NCBI RefSeq assembly: GCF_000015225.1
Contig: NC_008698.1
Location: 150,001 to 182,000, forward strand
DNA length: 32,000 nt
Source: Thermofilum pendens Hrk 5
GTDB taxonomy: Archaea > Thermoproteota > Thermoprotei > Thermofilales > Thermofilaceae
Direction: 5' to 3'
Shown here: positions 23,781 to 31,489 of the stretch, one piece after another
How positions within the stretch are numbered: the first letter of the stretch is position 1
Layout: every line of letters starts with the position of its first letter
The notes under the pieces: generated by a model
Databases searched by the model: none
What the model saw: only the letters and a program-made list of their open reading frames with translations
What the model was told of the DNA's origin: nothing
Translations under genes and position numbers: made by a program

Positions 23781-24887
23781 CTACTCTGCCTCCGCGGGTA
23801 CAAACCTAGCCTTAAGCTTCTCCAGCACGGATGGAAGGGTCGTGTACTCCATTTCTTCGGGGCCAAGCCTGTGCGGCATGAATGGGCCGTGGCGTCTCAT
23901 GTAGTCCGCTACTTCCTCCGCCATTCTCCTCGTCATTTCGAACGCGGGGTCGTCGAACAGGTCAACGGGTCCCTCGAGTCGACCGTCATGAAGCTGGAAG
24001 CCGAGCCCGACGACTCGCGGCGGCCCGTCGAAGCGTGTGCACTGTGCGTACCTGAGCGGTACGGGCATCAGCGGACCAGTGTGGCTACCGCGCATCCACC
24101 CGGCGACCAGGTGCGGGAAAGCGAACGCCTCTAGAACCTCGCCTGTAGCCGGGAAGCCGTGCTGAGCCCTAATTATGAGTACGGGGTCGTCCTTCCCAAC
24201 GTACCTTCCGGCTATGAGGCTCAGACGGGTCGCCGAAGATACCGCGGCTATCTCCCCGTCGGACTTCCTGTAGACACGCTTCACCACGTATCGCCCGGGA
24301 GTGCCTATCAAAGCTAGGAGGTCGTAGCTCTCTTCGGGCGTTGACAGCTTGACTGATTTGTGCTCGTAGACGTCTACAACCTCGAATATAAAGCCGCTGT
24401 GCATAGCTGGGTCTATTATCAGCCCAGCAGTGTTAAACGGGTCAGCGAAGATTCTATAGAGCTTGTAGTTCCACGCCCCCGGCTCTGTCTTATCGGCGGA
24501 GAACACTAGTATAGGCTCACTCCTCCTCTCCTCGAACTCCATCTCCGCGCAACCGGGCCCCATCCCCTTGATGTTTCCGGAGAACGTGTCCTTGAGAAGG
24601 TCCTGCCCGGCCCCGTACAGTTTGAGCGGCTTGCTAACCTTCTCGGTTACCTCGACGAATATGTCCCAGGCTAGCTTGTGTATCTCGGCGTTATTCTCGC
24701 CCTTCGTGTGCGTCATGAGCAACTGGAGGTCGTCGCCTACATGGTACACGTAGAAGTCTATGAGGAGACCTGTTTCGCGGGCCTCCTCCAGTCTTTTCCT
24801 CGCAAGCTCTTCGAGCTTGGGGTGAACTACTACGTGTCCCGCCAGCCCTCCAACGTCAGCCTTTATTAAGCTAACTGTTATTCTCAT
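23781..24887 (-). CDS. fbp: Bifunctional fructose-1,6-bisphosphate aldolase/phosphatase (class V archaeal FBPase)
   Basis: The N-terminal signature ITVSLIKADVGGLAGH, the 368-aa length and overall collinearity match the archaeal FBP aldolase/phosphatase family. Confidence 0.93.
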   Translation of the reverse strand: MRITVSLIKADVGGLAGHVVVHPKLEELARKRLEEARETGLLIDFYVYHVGDDLQLLMTHTKGENNAEIHKLAWDIFVEVTEKVSKPLKLYGAGQDLLKDTFSGNIKGMGPGCAEMEFEERRSEPILVFSADKTEPGAWNYKLYRIFADPFNTAGLIIDPAMHSGFIFEVVDVYEHKSVKLSTPEESYDLLALIGTPGRYVVKRVYRKSDGEIAAVSSATRLSLIAGRYVGKDDPVLIIRAQHGFPATGEVLEAFAFPHLVAGWMRGSHTGPLMPVPLRYAQCTRFDGPPRVVGLGFQLHDGRLEGPVDLFDDPAFEMTRRMAEEVADYMRRHGPFMPHRLGPEEMEYTTLPSVLEKLKARFVPAEAE

Positions 24888-24915
24888 GCATTATTCATGG
24901 TTTGTTATTAATGAC

Positions 24916-24925
24916 TATATATAAA
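24916..24925 (-). promoter_or_regulatory. TATA box candidate for fbp
   Basis: The minus strand reads TTTATATATA, centred about 34 nt upstream of the fbp ATG (24887), inside a 190-nt AT-rich spacer. Confidence 0.45.
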
Positions 24926-25077
24926 CCTGTTCGTAGCGGCGCTTAACAATGTTTTTAAAAACTTCCGTTATTACGTTGTATTATGTCTAAATAGGGGATT
25001 TATAACCTGGAGTATTGTCAAAAACCTCCTTTAATATTGCTAAAATAAAGACTTGCTTTTCGTACTCTCATTGCGCG

Positions 25078-27744
25078 CTACTTCCACTTGGAGAGCAGGT
25101 ACTTGAACGCCTCTACCGACACGAACATCGCCGCGGTCACTAAGGCAGCGTAGATGATATCGTTAATCGTCACGGGATGAATTTCGAGGACGTGCATAAC
25201 GTAGGGCGAAGCGAAGAACGCTAGTTGCAGAGTAACCGAGAGGATTATTGAGACTACTAGCGGCTTGTTGTCGAGGGGGCTTAGCGTAAGGGAGGGTTTT
25301 CTGAGGGAGCGCCACGCGTACGCCATTGCCAGCTCGGCGACAACGAGGGAGGTGAAGATAGCCGTTCTGGCTTCTGCCTCGGGTTCTCCGAGGCTAAGCA
25401 AAGAGCTGAAAGCGTAGGTGAGGAGCACTGTGAAGACAAGCGGGACGGCGACGAGGAACAGGAGAATCTCCTTCTTACTGAAAATAGGCTCTCCTGGTTT
25501 CCTGGGGTTCCTGTATATCAAGTCTTTCTCGCCTTTCTCGAGGCTTAGCGCGATCGCCGGCGGCCCGTCTGTTACGAGGTTGACCCAGAGGATCTGCGTT
25601 GCCGTGAAGGGTAGCGGTAGGCCTAGAACCGAGGAGACTAGTGGTAGCATGAGCTCTGTGACGTTCGCAGATAGGAGGTACACGAGGAACTTCTTTATGT
25701 TCTCGAATATCTCTCTACCGAGCTTCACAGCCTCGACTATCGTCGCGAAGTTGTCGTCCGCGAGCACAAGGTCCGAAGCCTCCTTGGCGACCTCCGTGCC
25801 CGTACGACCCATTGCCACCCCGACGTCTGCCGCCTTGAGGGCTGGCGCATCGTTAACCCCGTCGCCCGTCATGGCGACGACATGGCCCCTCTTCTTGAGA
25901 GCTTCGACGATCCTTAACTTGTGCTCCGGCGATACTCTAGCATAAACCCTGATCTTCTCAACCTTCTCGTAGAGCTCCGCGTCGCTCATGGAGTCAAGCT
26001 CCTTGCCCGTTACGACTATGTCGTCCTCGCCTAGCATGCCCAGCTCTCTGGCTACAGCCACCGCTGTGAGCTTGTGGTCTCCGGTTATCATTGCTACCCG
26101 GATTCCCGCCTTTTTACACGTCTCCAGAGCGTCCTTGACTTCAGGCCTCGGAGGATCGATCATGGAGACTATTCCCAGTAGTACGAGGTCTTTCTCGTCG
26201 CTCTCCGTTATTGTGCTACGCCCGTCGTCGAGGTACCTGTAGGCGATCGCTATGTTCCGCAACCCCTGCCCTGCCAGCTCGTCGTTCACGGCGAGTACGA
26301 GCCTCTTCGCCTCCTCGGAGAGCTCCTCGACACGCCCATCCATCGACGAGATGTACCTGCAGAGGGGTACCACTACCTCGGGTGCTCCCTTGGTGAATAC
26401 TACTCTCCTCCCTCCAAGCTCGTGTAGCGTGCTCATCCTCTTCCTCTCAGAGGAGAACGGGACCTCTCCCAGTCTGGGTAGCTCGGCGTTGACTCCAGCC
26501 TTCAGCGCGAGAACCTTCAAGGCTATCTCGGTGCCGTCACCGCTTGTAACCCATCTACCGTCCTGGTAGCGTACCTCCGAGTCGTTATTGTTGAAGGCGG
26601 CTAAGAGGAGTAGCCGCAGGCCCTCGTACCCGTTTGGATCTACTTCCTTAGAGCCGACGAGTAACTTGCCCGTGGGCTCGTACCCGGTACCTGTAACCTC
26701 GATTGTGGCATCCTTCATCCAGACCTTTACGGCGGTCATTTCTCCCTTCGTTATCGTCCCCGTCTTGTCCGAGCAGATGTACGTAGTGGAGCCGAGAGTC
26801 TCCACGGCGGGTAGCCTCCTTACTATGGCATTCTTCTTCGCCATGCGGTAGACGCCTAGCGCCAGGGAGCTCGTTACAACGACGGGCAGGGCTTCCGGGA
26901 CTGCCGCCACCGCGAGGCTCACTATCCAGAGGAGCAGGTCTATGGGAGAGTACTTCTTGACGAAGAAGCCTACCAGCGATACGACCACGGCTACGACTAG
27001 CATGAATACGAGTATCCACCTGCTCAGCCTGGAAAGCTCCCGTTCGAGCGGTGTCTCCCGCTCTTCTACCGCCTCCAGCGTAGCGCTAATCTTTCCCAGC
27101 TCGGTGTTCTTACCGGTGGCGACGACAACAGCTTTCCCCCTGCCGTACACGACGACTGTCCCCGCGTAGACCATGTTGGCTCTGTCCGGGAGGGGCGTGT
27201 CCTCCGGTATTGGGTCCACCATTTTCTCTACGGGCGTGGATTCACCGGTCAAGGGGGCTTCGTTTACCCTGAGGTTCACCGATTCGACTATCCTTGCGTC
27301 CGCGACTACCCTGTCGCCGGCGCTCAGGAGGAGTACGTCTCCCGGAACCACTTCCGATGCGTTTACGACGACCTTCTCGCCGCCTCTGAGCACCGTCGCC
27401 TGCGGGGCTACCATCTTCTTAATCGCTTCCAATGCTTTCTCCGCCCTGTACTCCTGGTAGAAGCCGAGAGCGGCGCTGGCGAGTACGAGCGCGAGAATGA
27501 CTATAGAGTCGAAGGCTTCTCCCACAGCATAGGACAGTATCGAGGCAAAAATCAGGAGAAGGATTAGCGGGCTTTTAAACTGTCTTAGGAATATCTCTAG
27601 CGGGTGAACCTTCTTCTCCTCCTCGATAACGTTGGGACCATATACTTGGAGCCTCCTCCTGGCTTCCTCTACTGGAAGGCCTTGTAGCGACGTTCCAAGC
27701 TCTCTTAACACATCCTCTACCTTCATCGCATGCCAGGAAGGCAT
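25078..27744 (-). CDS. P-type cation-transporting ATPase (type II, Ca2+/Na+-like)
   Basis: TGES, the PEALP TM4 motif, CSDKTGTIT (phosphorylation site), MITGDH and TGDGVNDAPALK are all present. The protein is 888 aa with about 10 TM segments. Confidence 0.93.
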   Translation of the reverse strand: MPSWHAMKVEDVLRELGTSLQGLPVEEARRRLQVYGPNVIEEEKKVHPLEIFLRQFKSPLILLLIFASILSYAVGEAFDSIVILALVLASAALGFYQEYRAEKALEAIKKMVAPQATVLRGGEKVVVNASEVVPGDVLLLSAGDRVVADARIVESVNLRVNEAPLTGESTPVEKMVDPIPEDTPLPDRANMVYAGTVVVYGRGKAVVVATGKNTELGKISATLEAVEERETPLERELSRLSRWILVFMLVVAVVVSLVGFFVKKYSPIDLLLWIVSLAVAAVPEALPVVVTSSLALGVYRMAKKNAIVRRLPAVETLGSTTYICSDKTGTITKGEMTAVKVWMKDATIEVTGTGYEPTGKLLVGSKEVDPNGYEGLRLLLLAAFNNNDSEVRYQDGRWVTSGDGTEIALKVLALKAGVNAELPRLGEVPFSSERKRMSTLHELGGRRVVFTKGAPEVVVPLCRYISSMDGRVEELSEEAKRLVLAVNDELAGQGLRNIAIAYRYLDDGRSTITESDEKDLVLLGIVSMIDPPRPEVKDALETCKKAGIRVAMITGDHKLTAVAVARELGMLGEDDIVVTGKELDSMSDAELYEKVEKIRVYARVSPEHKLRIVEALKKRGHVVAMTGDGVNDAPALKAADVGVAMGRTGTEVAKEASDLVLADDNFATIVEAVKLGREIFENIKKFLVYLLSANVTELMLPLVSSVLGLPLPFTATQILWVNLVTDGPPAIALSLEKGEKDLIYRNPRKPGEPIFSKKEILLFLVAVPLVFTVLLTYAFSSLLSLGEPEAEARTAIFTSLVVAELAMAYAWRSLRKPSLTLSPLDNKPLVVSIILSVTLQLAFFASPYVMHVLEIHPVTINDIIYAALVTAAMFVSVEAFKYLLSKWK

Positions 27745-27849
27745 AGCGTCTCCAATGTACCAGGCTTCCAGTTAAATACCTTTGTATGCCGACAAGAAGG
27801 GGCATGCAGGAAGGCATGACCCCACCTTTCATCGCTCAATATACACATT

Positions 27850-28623
27850 CTACACGTACCAGCTTGGAAGAGATTCTCCCTCCTTCTGGCGGGCCGTTTC
27901 CAGGACCTTCTCCATCTCTTCCTCCCGTCTGCGTATCTGCTCGATCGTTTTCTCGAGATCCTCGAGGCTCACCTCAAACTCGAGTAGTTTCGAGAGAACT
28001 CTTATCAGCTCCCGGGCGGCCACGAAGTTAGGCTCGGGGGTTTGAGTGCTACCCATGAGAACGTAGGCCTTCAAACCCCTAAGCGCAGCTAGCGCCGGTA
28101 GAAGCCCGCAGGCCCCCGTTATCGTACCCCCCGTGCTACGCTTTGCTCCGAGCGCTTCCAGCTTCTTGGCGCAGTCCTCCGAGGCGTAAGCGTAGTACAC
28201 CCCTACGTGTTCACTTTCCTCGGCTGTCGTGCCGCATGCCCCTATAACCTCCCTCCCCCCTATGGATACGAAGAAGTCTAAAACTTTCTCGGCGACTTCG
28301 TACTGGGCCCAAAGCGCTGGCTGAGCTTCACTCGTAACGAACAGGATGTCCCTCGACCCCCCGTTGAGCAGGTAGAACTTGTAGGACGGGATCTGCAAGG
28401 CCCCTTCATTCGTCACGTAGACCCCCACGTTGCCAACAGGGAGGATGATCCCCGGGCCTATAAGCTCCGCTACTTTCCTAAGGTTTAGCGTGGAGACTAT
28501 GTAGTCTACAGCTATTTTCCCGACGAGCCCTATCCCCGGTAACCCCTGAACTAGCACCCCGTCTCTAAGCTTCAACTCCTCCGCCAGGATCAGCCTGTAC
28601 TGGTCGAGGCTCAACACCCTCAT
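27850..28623 (-). CDS. PAC2 family proteasome assembly chaperone (PbaA/PbaB-like)
   Basis: The N-terminal segment QGLPGIGLVGKIAVDYIV is typical of PAC2/COG1938. The C-terminus ends in WYV, an HbYX-type tripeptide. On the minus strand, TTTATAT (28655-28661) lies about 35 nt upstream of the ATG. Confidence 0.8.
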   Translation of the reverse strand: MRVLSLDQYRLILAEELKLRDGVLVQGLPGIGLVGKIAVDYIVSTLNLRKVAELIGPGIILPVGNVGVYVTNEGALQIPSYKFYLLNGGSRDILFVTSEAQPALWAQYEVAEKVLDFFVSIGGREVIGACGTTAEESEHVGVYYAYASEDCAKKLEALGAKRSTGGTITGACGLLPALAALRGLKAYVLMGSTQTPEPNFVAARELIRVLSKLLEFEVSLEDLEKTIEQIRRREEEMEKVLETARQKEGESLPSWYV

Positions 28624-28728
28624 GAACTACCCAAGCAGTAAGCCAGTTAACCAGATATAAACGTGGCGAAACTTTCTCATGAGGCAACCTGCGTAAGACT
28701 TATCGCCTTGAGCGTGCACGAGGTACCC

Positions 28729-28777
28729 GTGATGACCGCACGCGAAGCTGATACGTGATGTGTACCAAACCGGCTGA
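28729..28777 (+). ncRNA. C/D box sRNA (2'-O-methylation guide)
   Basis: The architecture is canonical: C box GTGATGA (28729-35), 12-nt guide CCGCACGCGAAG, D' box CTGA (28748-51), 3-nt spacer, C' box GTGATGT (28755-61), 12-nt guide GTACCAAACCGG, D box CTGA (28774-77). A 7-bp helix (28714-20 with 28785-91) flanks it. It lies in a 295-nt gap with no credible ORF. Confidence 0.7.
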
Positions 28778-28820
28778 CCATACACGTGCGCCGAGCAAGC
28801 TTTTACCACTCAATGGGTTG

Positions 28821-28870
28821 TCAGCAGGGTAAGTTCTCTTCACCGAATCCCAGCCGGGAGTACTCATCAC
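28821..28870 (-). ncRNA. Second, more degenerate C/D box sRNA candidate
   Basis: On the minus strand: C box GTGATGA (28870-64), 12-nt guide GTACTCCCGGCT, degenerate D' box GGGA, 4-nt spacer, C' box GTGAAGA (28843-37), 12-nt guide GAACTTACCCTG, D box CTGA (28824-21). A 10-bp helix with a 3-nt bulge (28791-28800 with 28878-28890) brackets it. Confidence 0.5.
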
Positions 28871-28918
28871 CGTATATGCTTGCTTGCCGGACCTTTTAGG
28901 TTTAACGCGCGCGAACAC

Positions 28919-29647
28919 TTAGGCCGTGAAGACGCGCGTAAAGTTTCGGTAGATTGCTCTCTCTAGCTCGTCAACGGCTAAGCCTTTAATCTGCGCGATG
29001 ATTTGGAGCGCCTCCGGTATGAGGCTTGGGCTGAGCGACAGCCCCCTGTACTCGTATGGACCGTCGCTTTCCGTTAAGAGCGCATCAAGAGGGGCCTCTC
29101 TGGCTATCACCCTGGATTTCTCTTGTACTTTCAGGGCGGCGTTCACACTTACGAAGTACCCCCTCCGCGAAAGCTCCAGTAGCAGGTTGAGAGGTCCAGT
29201 CCACCAGTGGAGTACTACCTTCTTGGCACCGAGCTCCCCGAGAACCTCGAGAACTTCTCTCCAGGCTCCAGCAGAATGCACGTTTAGAGGCACCCCCCTC
29301 TCGACGGCTCTTCCGGCGAGCTCTCTAAACACTGCCAGCTGCTGGTGGAACGTTTCTGGTACAAACTTCTTGTCGAGACCAACCTCGCCTACGCAGTCGG
29401 CATCCGGTAACAGCTGGGACACTAGCTCTAGCTCGCGGGTGTAGTCTTCGAGGTTGCGCAGGCTCCACGGGTGGATTCCGACGCATGCTTTAACGTTTTC
29501 AGGGTAGGAATCCCTCAGTTCAAGCACTTTCAGCGAGGTTTCGTAGTCCTCGGCTACGCCTACGAGTATGTAGCCGCGGGAAACAAACTCCTCTATTTTC
29601 TCCCTAGTGAACTCTGCTAGATGAATGTGGACGTCCACTACGGTCAT
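28919..29647 (-). CDS. TatD family metal-dependent hydrolase
   Basis: The N-terminal segment VDVHIHL is the HxH metal motif. Further conserved histidine/aspartate-containing segments (NVHS, VLHWW, ESDGP) are present. It is 242 aa, and its ATG forms an ATGA overlap with the upstream gene. Confidence 0.85.
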   Translation of the reverse strand: MTVVDVHIHLAEFTREKIEEFVSRGYILVGVAEDYETSLKVLELRDSYPENVKACVGIHPWSLRNLEDYTRELELVSQLLPDADCVGEVGLDKKFVPETFHQQLAVFRELAGRAVERGVPLNVHSAGAWREVLEVLGELGAKKVVLHWWTGPLNLLLELSRRGYFVSVNAALKVQEKSRVIAREAPLDALLTESDGPYEYRGLSLSPSLIPEALQIIAQIKGLAVDELERAIYRNFTRVFTA

Positions 29648-30516
29648 CCTTCAACCCCAAAAGCTCTGAACAGCTCCTCGATAGGGTGCCCGAGGCTCTC
29701 CTCGTAGATTGCGGCTACATGCTCGGCGAGTATTTTGCTCGAAGCTACGAGTATGTAGAGCCGCTCGTCCAGCGAGATCCTGGGAGGCGTGCCGAGCCTA
29801 CCGCCAAGAACAACGTAGGCGCCGGCCTCCCTGGCTACCAGCGTCGCGGCGGCTACGTCAACCACTCGCATTGTCCCCCACGCATCGATGTAAGCGTCCA
29901 CGCCTCCTGAGGCAACCATGGATACCTCGAGGCTTGCAGATCCTAGCATCCTAACGACGGCACCTCTCAGGGACAGGTTTAGCGCGAATACATACGGTAG
30001 AAAGAAAGCCTTAGGGGTCGAGCTTATGGCTACGACTTTCCCCTCAACTGCACCGGTATCTCCTCCTGGGGGTACCCTGAGCCTCCTCCCGTTGAGGAAA
30101 GCCCCTCCCCCTGCTAAGGCGTAGAACTCCATTCCAAGAAGGGGCGCGTAGACAGCCCCAGCTATCACGTCCTCTAAGGTTTCCCCTTCCGCTGCCGCTA
30201 CGGAGACTGCGAAGAAGGGAGTCCCGCGTTTGTAATTCCTGCTACCGTCTATGGGGTCTATGATGAACCTGTACCCTCCTCCTTTGCCGTAAGTTTTCTC
30301 CCCTATCTCCTCTGATACGACGCTGAAATCTCCGATGCGCTTCTCCAGGTACTCAATGGCGCTACGCTCTGCAAGTATGTCTCCCCGGAGCGAGATGTCT
30401 CCGCCACTTCCTCTACCTTCCTCTCTGGCTCCTACGCCTTCTTCTAACGCCTTGATGGCCGCCTCCGCCGCTACTTTTGAGGCTTGCCTTACGACGTCGA
30501 GTATCTCCCGGCTCAT
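29644..30516 (-). CDS. Inositol monophosphatase / FBPase class IV family phosphatase (SuhB-like)
   Basis: The motifs IIDPIDGSRNY and VVDVAAATLVAREAGA (the WD-AAG equivalent) are present. The protein is 290 aa. Confidence 0.85.
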   Translation of the reverse strand: MSREILDVVRQASKVAAEAAIKALEEGVGAREEGRGSGGDISLRGDILAERSAIEYLEKRIGDFSVVSEEIGEKTYGKGGGYRFIIDPIDGSRNYKRGTPFFAVSVAAAEGETLEDVIAGAVYAPLLGMEFYALAGGGAFLNGRRLRVPPGGDTGAVEGKVVAISSTPKAFFLPYVFALNLSLRGAVVRMLGSASLEVSMVASGGVDAYIDAWGTMRVVDVAAATLVAREAGAYVVLGGRLGTPPRISLDERLYILVASSKILAEHVAAIYEESLGHPIEELFRAFGVEG

Positions 30517-30525
30517 GTGCGCTCC

Positions 30526-31032
30526 TCAAAGCTCTACTATCTCTGCCTCGAGCTTTTCGAGATCTACGATTGCGAACGTACGTTTCTCTGCCAGGTACCC
30601 GGAGAGAGTCCCGGGATTCACTACGAGCGCGTCGCCTATCCGCTCTACGTCTACCCTATGTGTGTGCCCGTACACGACTAGCCTGAACTCGCCGCTCTTT
30701 GCAAGCGCCCTTGCAAGCCGCCGAGAGACGTCGAGCCCGTCCACCCCGTGCAACACAGCTATGTCGAAAGAGCCCACCCGGACAAGCATTGGTTGCTCAC
30801 TCAGCACGGCGCCTATCTCGTCAGCCGTTTTCTTCAAGAGTAGTTTTTCCCCGTCGTTATTGCCGAAAACCGCGTAAAGTCTGTAGCCGGAAAACATCCT
30901 CAACGCGAACGGCGAGATAATATCCCCCGCGTGGATGACAGCCTCCACGTTCTCGTTCTTCAGGCTGTTCACAAAGAGCCTTATAGCCTCTAAAGAGTCG
31001 TGAGAGTCCGAGACCACGGCTACTCTAGCCAT
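30526..31032 (-). CDS. MJ0936/YfcE family metallophosphoesterase
   Basis: VVSDSHD, HAGD, GNNDGE and the GHTH motif are present in a 168-aa ORF. Confidence 0.85.
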   Translation of the reverse strand: MARVAVVSDSHDSLEAIRLFVNSLKNENVEAVIHAGDIISPFALRMFSGYRLYAVFGNNDGEKLLLKKTADEIGAVLSEQPMLVRVGSFDIAVLHGVDGLDVSRRLARALAKSGEFRLVVYGHTHRVDVERIGDALVVNPGTLSGYLAEKRTFAIVDLEKLEAEIVEL

Positions 31033-31144
31033 TCCAACGCACCCGGACCACTCATAGTGCGAGTAGTATTAATTTTTCGCGATATGCGCCCCCCACTCTC
31101 GTGTGCTTAAAGTATTAATACTCGCGCTCTTCAAACGCAGTGTA

Positions 31145-31480
31145 ATGACGACCGATAAAATCATGGAGGGGGGCAGCGCGACTCCTCAGAAGGCCTTCGA
31201 GAAGATGGTGAACAAAGCAGCCTGGCTTCTGAGCGAAGGTAGGGTTGTTAAGATCAGCCCCTACCTGTACTACGTAATAGGGAAAAACAGCAAGCACCTC
31301 GTGAGGTACGAGAATGGAAGGTTCATCTGCACGTGTAAGGGATTCGAGGAGAAGGGTGTCTGCTCCCACGTTATCGCCGTAGCCACCCTAAGCGAGCTGA
31401 AAGATGTTAACGCCTTCCTCGATGAGAGAGTCAAGGAGAGAGTTAGGAGAGAGCTTCGAGAGCTCTATGGGAAGAAGTGA
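31145..31480 (+). CDS. Small SWIM-type zinc finger protein
   Basis: CTCKGFEEKGVCSHV matches CxCx(n)CxH. The ATG at 31145 lies about 30 nt downstream of AAAGTATTAATA, so it is preferred to the GTG at 31103 used by the ORF track. Confidence 0.7.
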   Translation: MTTDKIMEGGSATPQKAFEKMVNKAAWLLSEGRVVKISPYLYYVIGKNSKHLVRYENGRFICTCKGFEEKGVCSHVIAVATLSELKDVNAFLDERVKERVRRELRELYGKK

Positions 31481-31489
31481 GTAATTATT

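Noticed and set aside
28825-28836. Assigning the guide GAACUUACCCUG to the conserved large-subunit rRNA sequence GGGUAAGUUCC.
   Set aside because: I recall that motif from bacterial 23S rRNA. The archaeal and eukaryotic sequences I remember differ at this site, and I cannot see this organism's rRNA, so I assert no target.
28627-28918. Two minus-strand ORFs of 60 and 72 aa filling the gap between the TatD and PAC2 genes.
   Set aside because: They have implausible compositions rich in Arg, Ser, His and Trp, and they overlap each other in different frames. The region is better explained by two C/D box sRNAs with flanking helices and the PAC2 promoter.
23781-30516. The presence of both a class V FBP aldolase/phosphatase and an IMPase/FBPase-family gene, considered as an unusual redundancy.
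   Set aside because: Co-occurrence of these two families is common in archaeal genomes, and the IMPase-family protein probably has other substrates. It is not noteworthy on its own.
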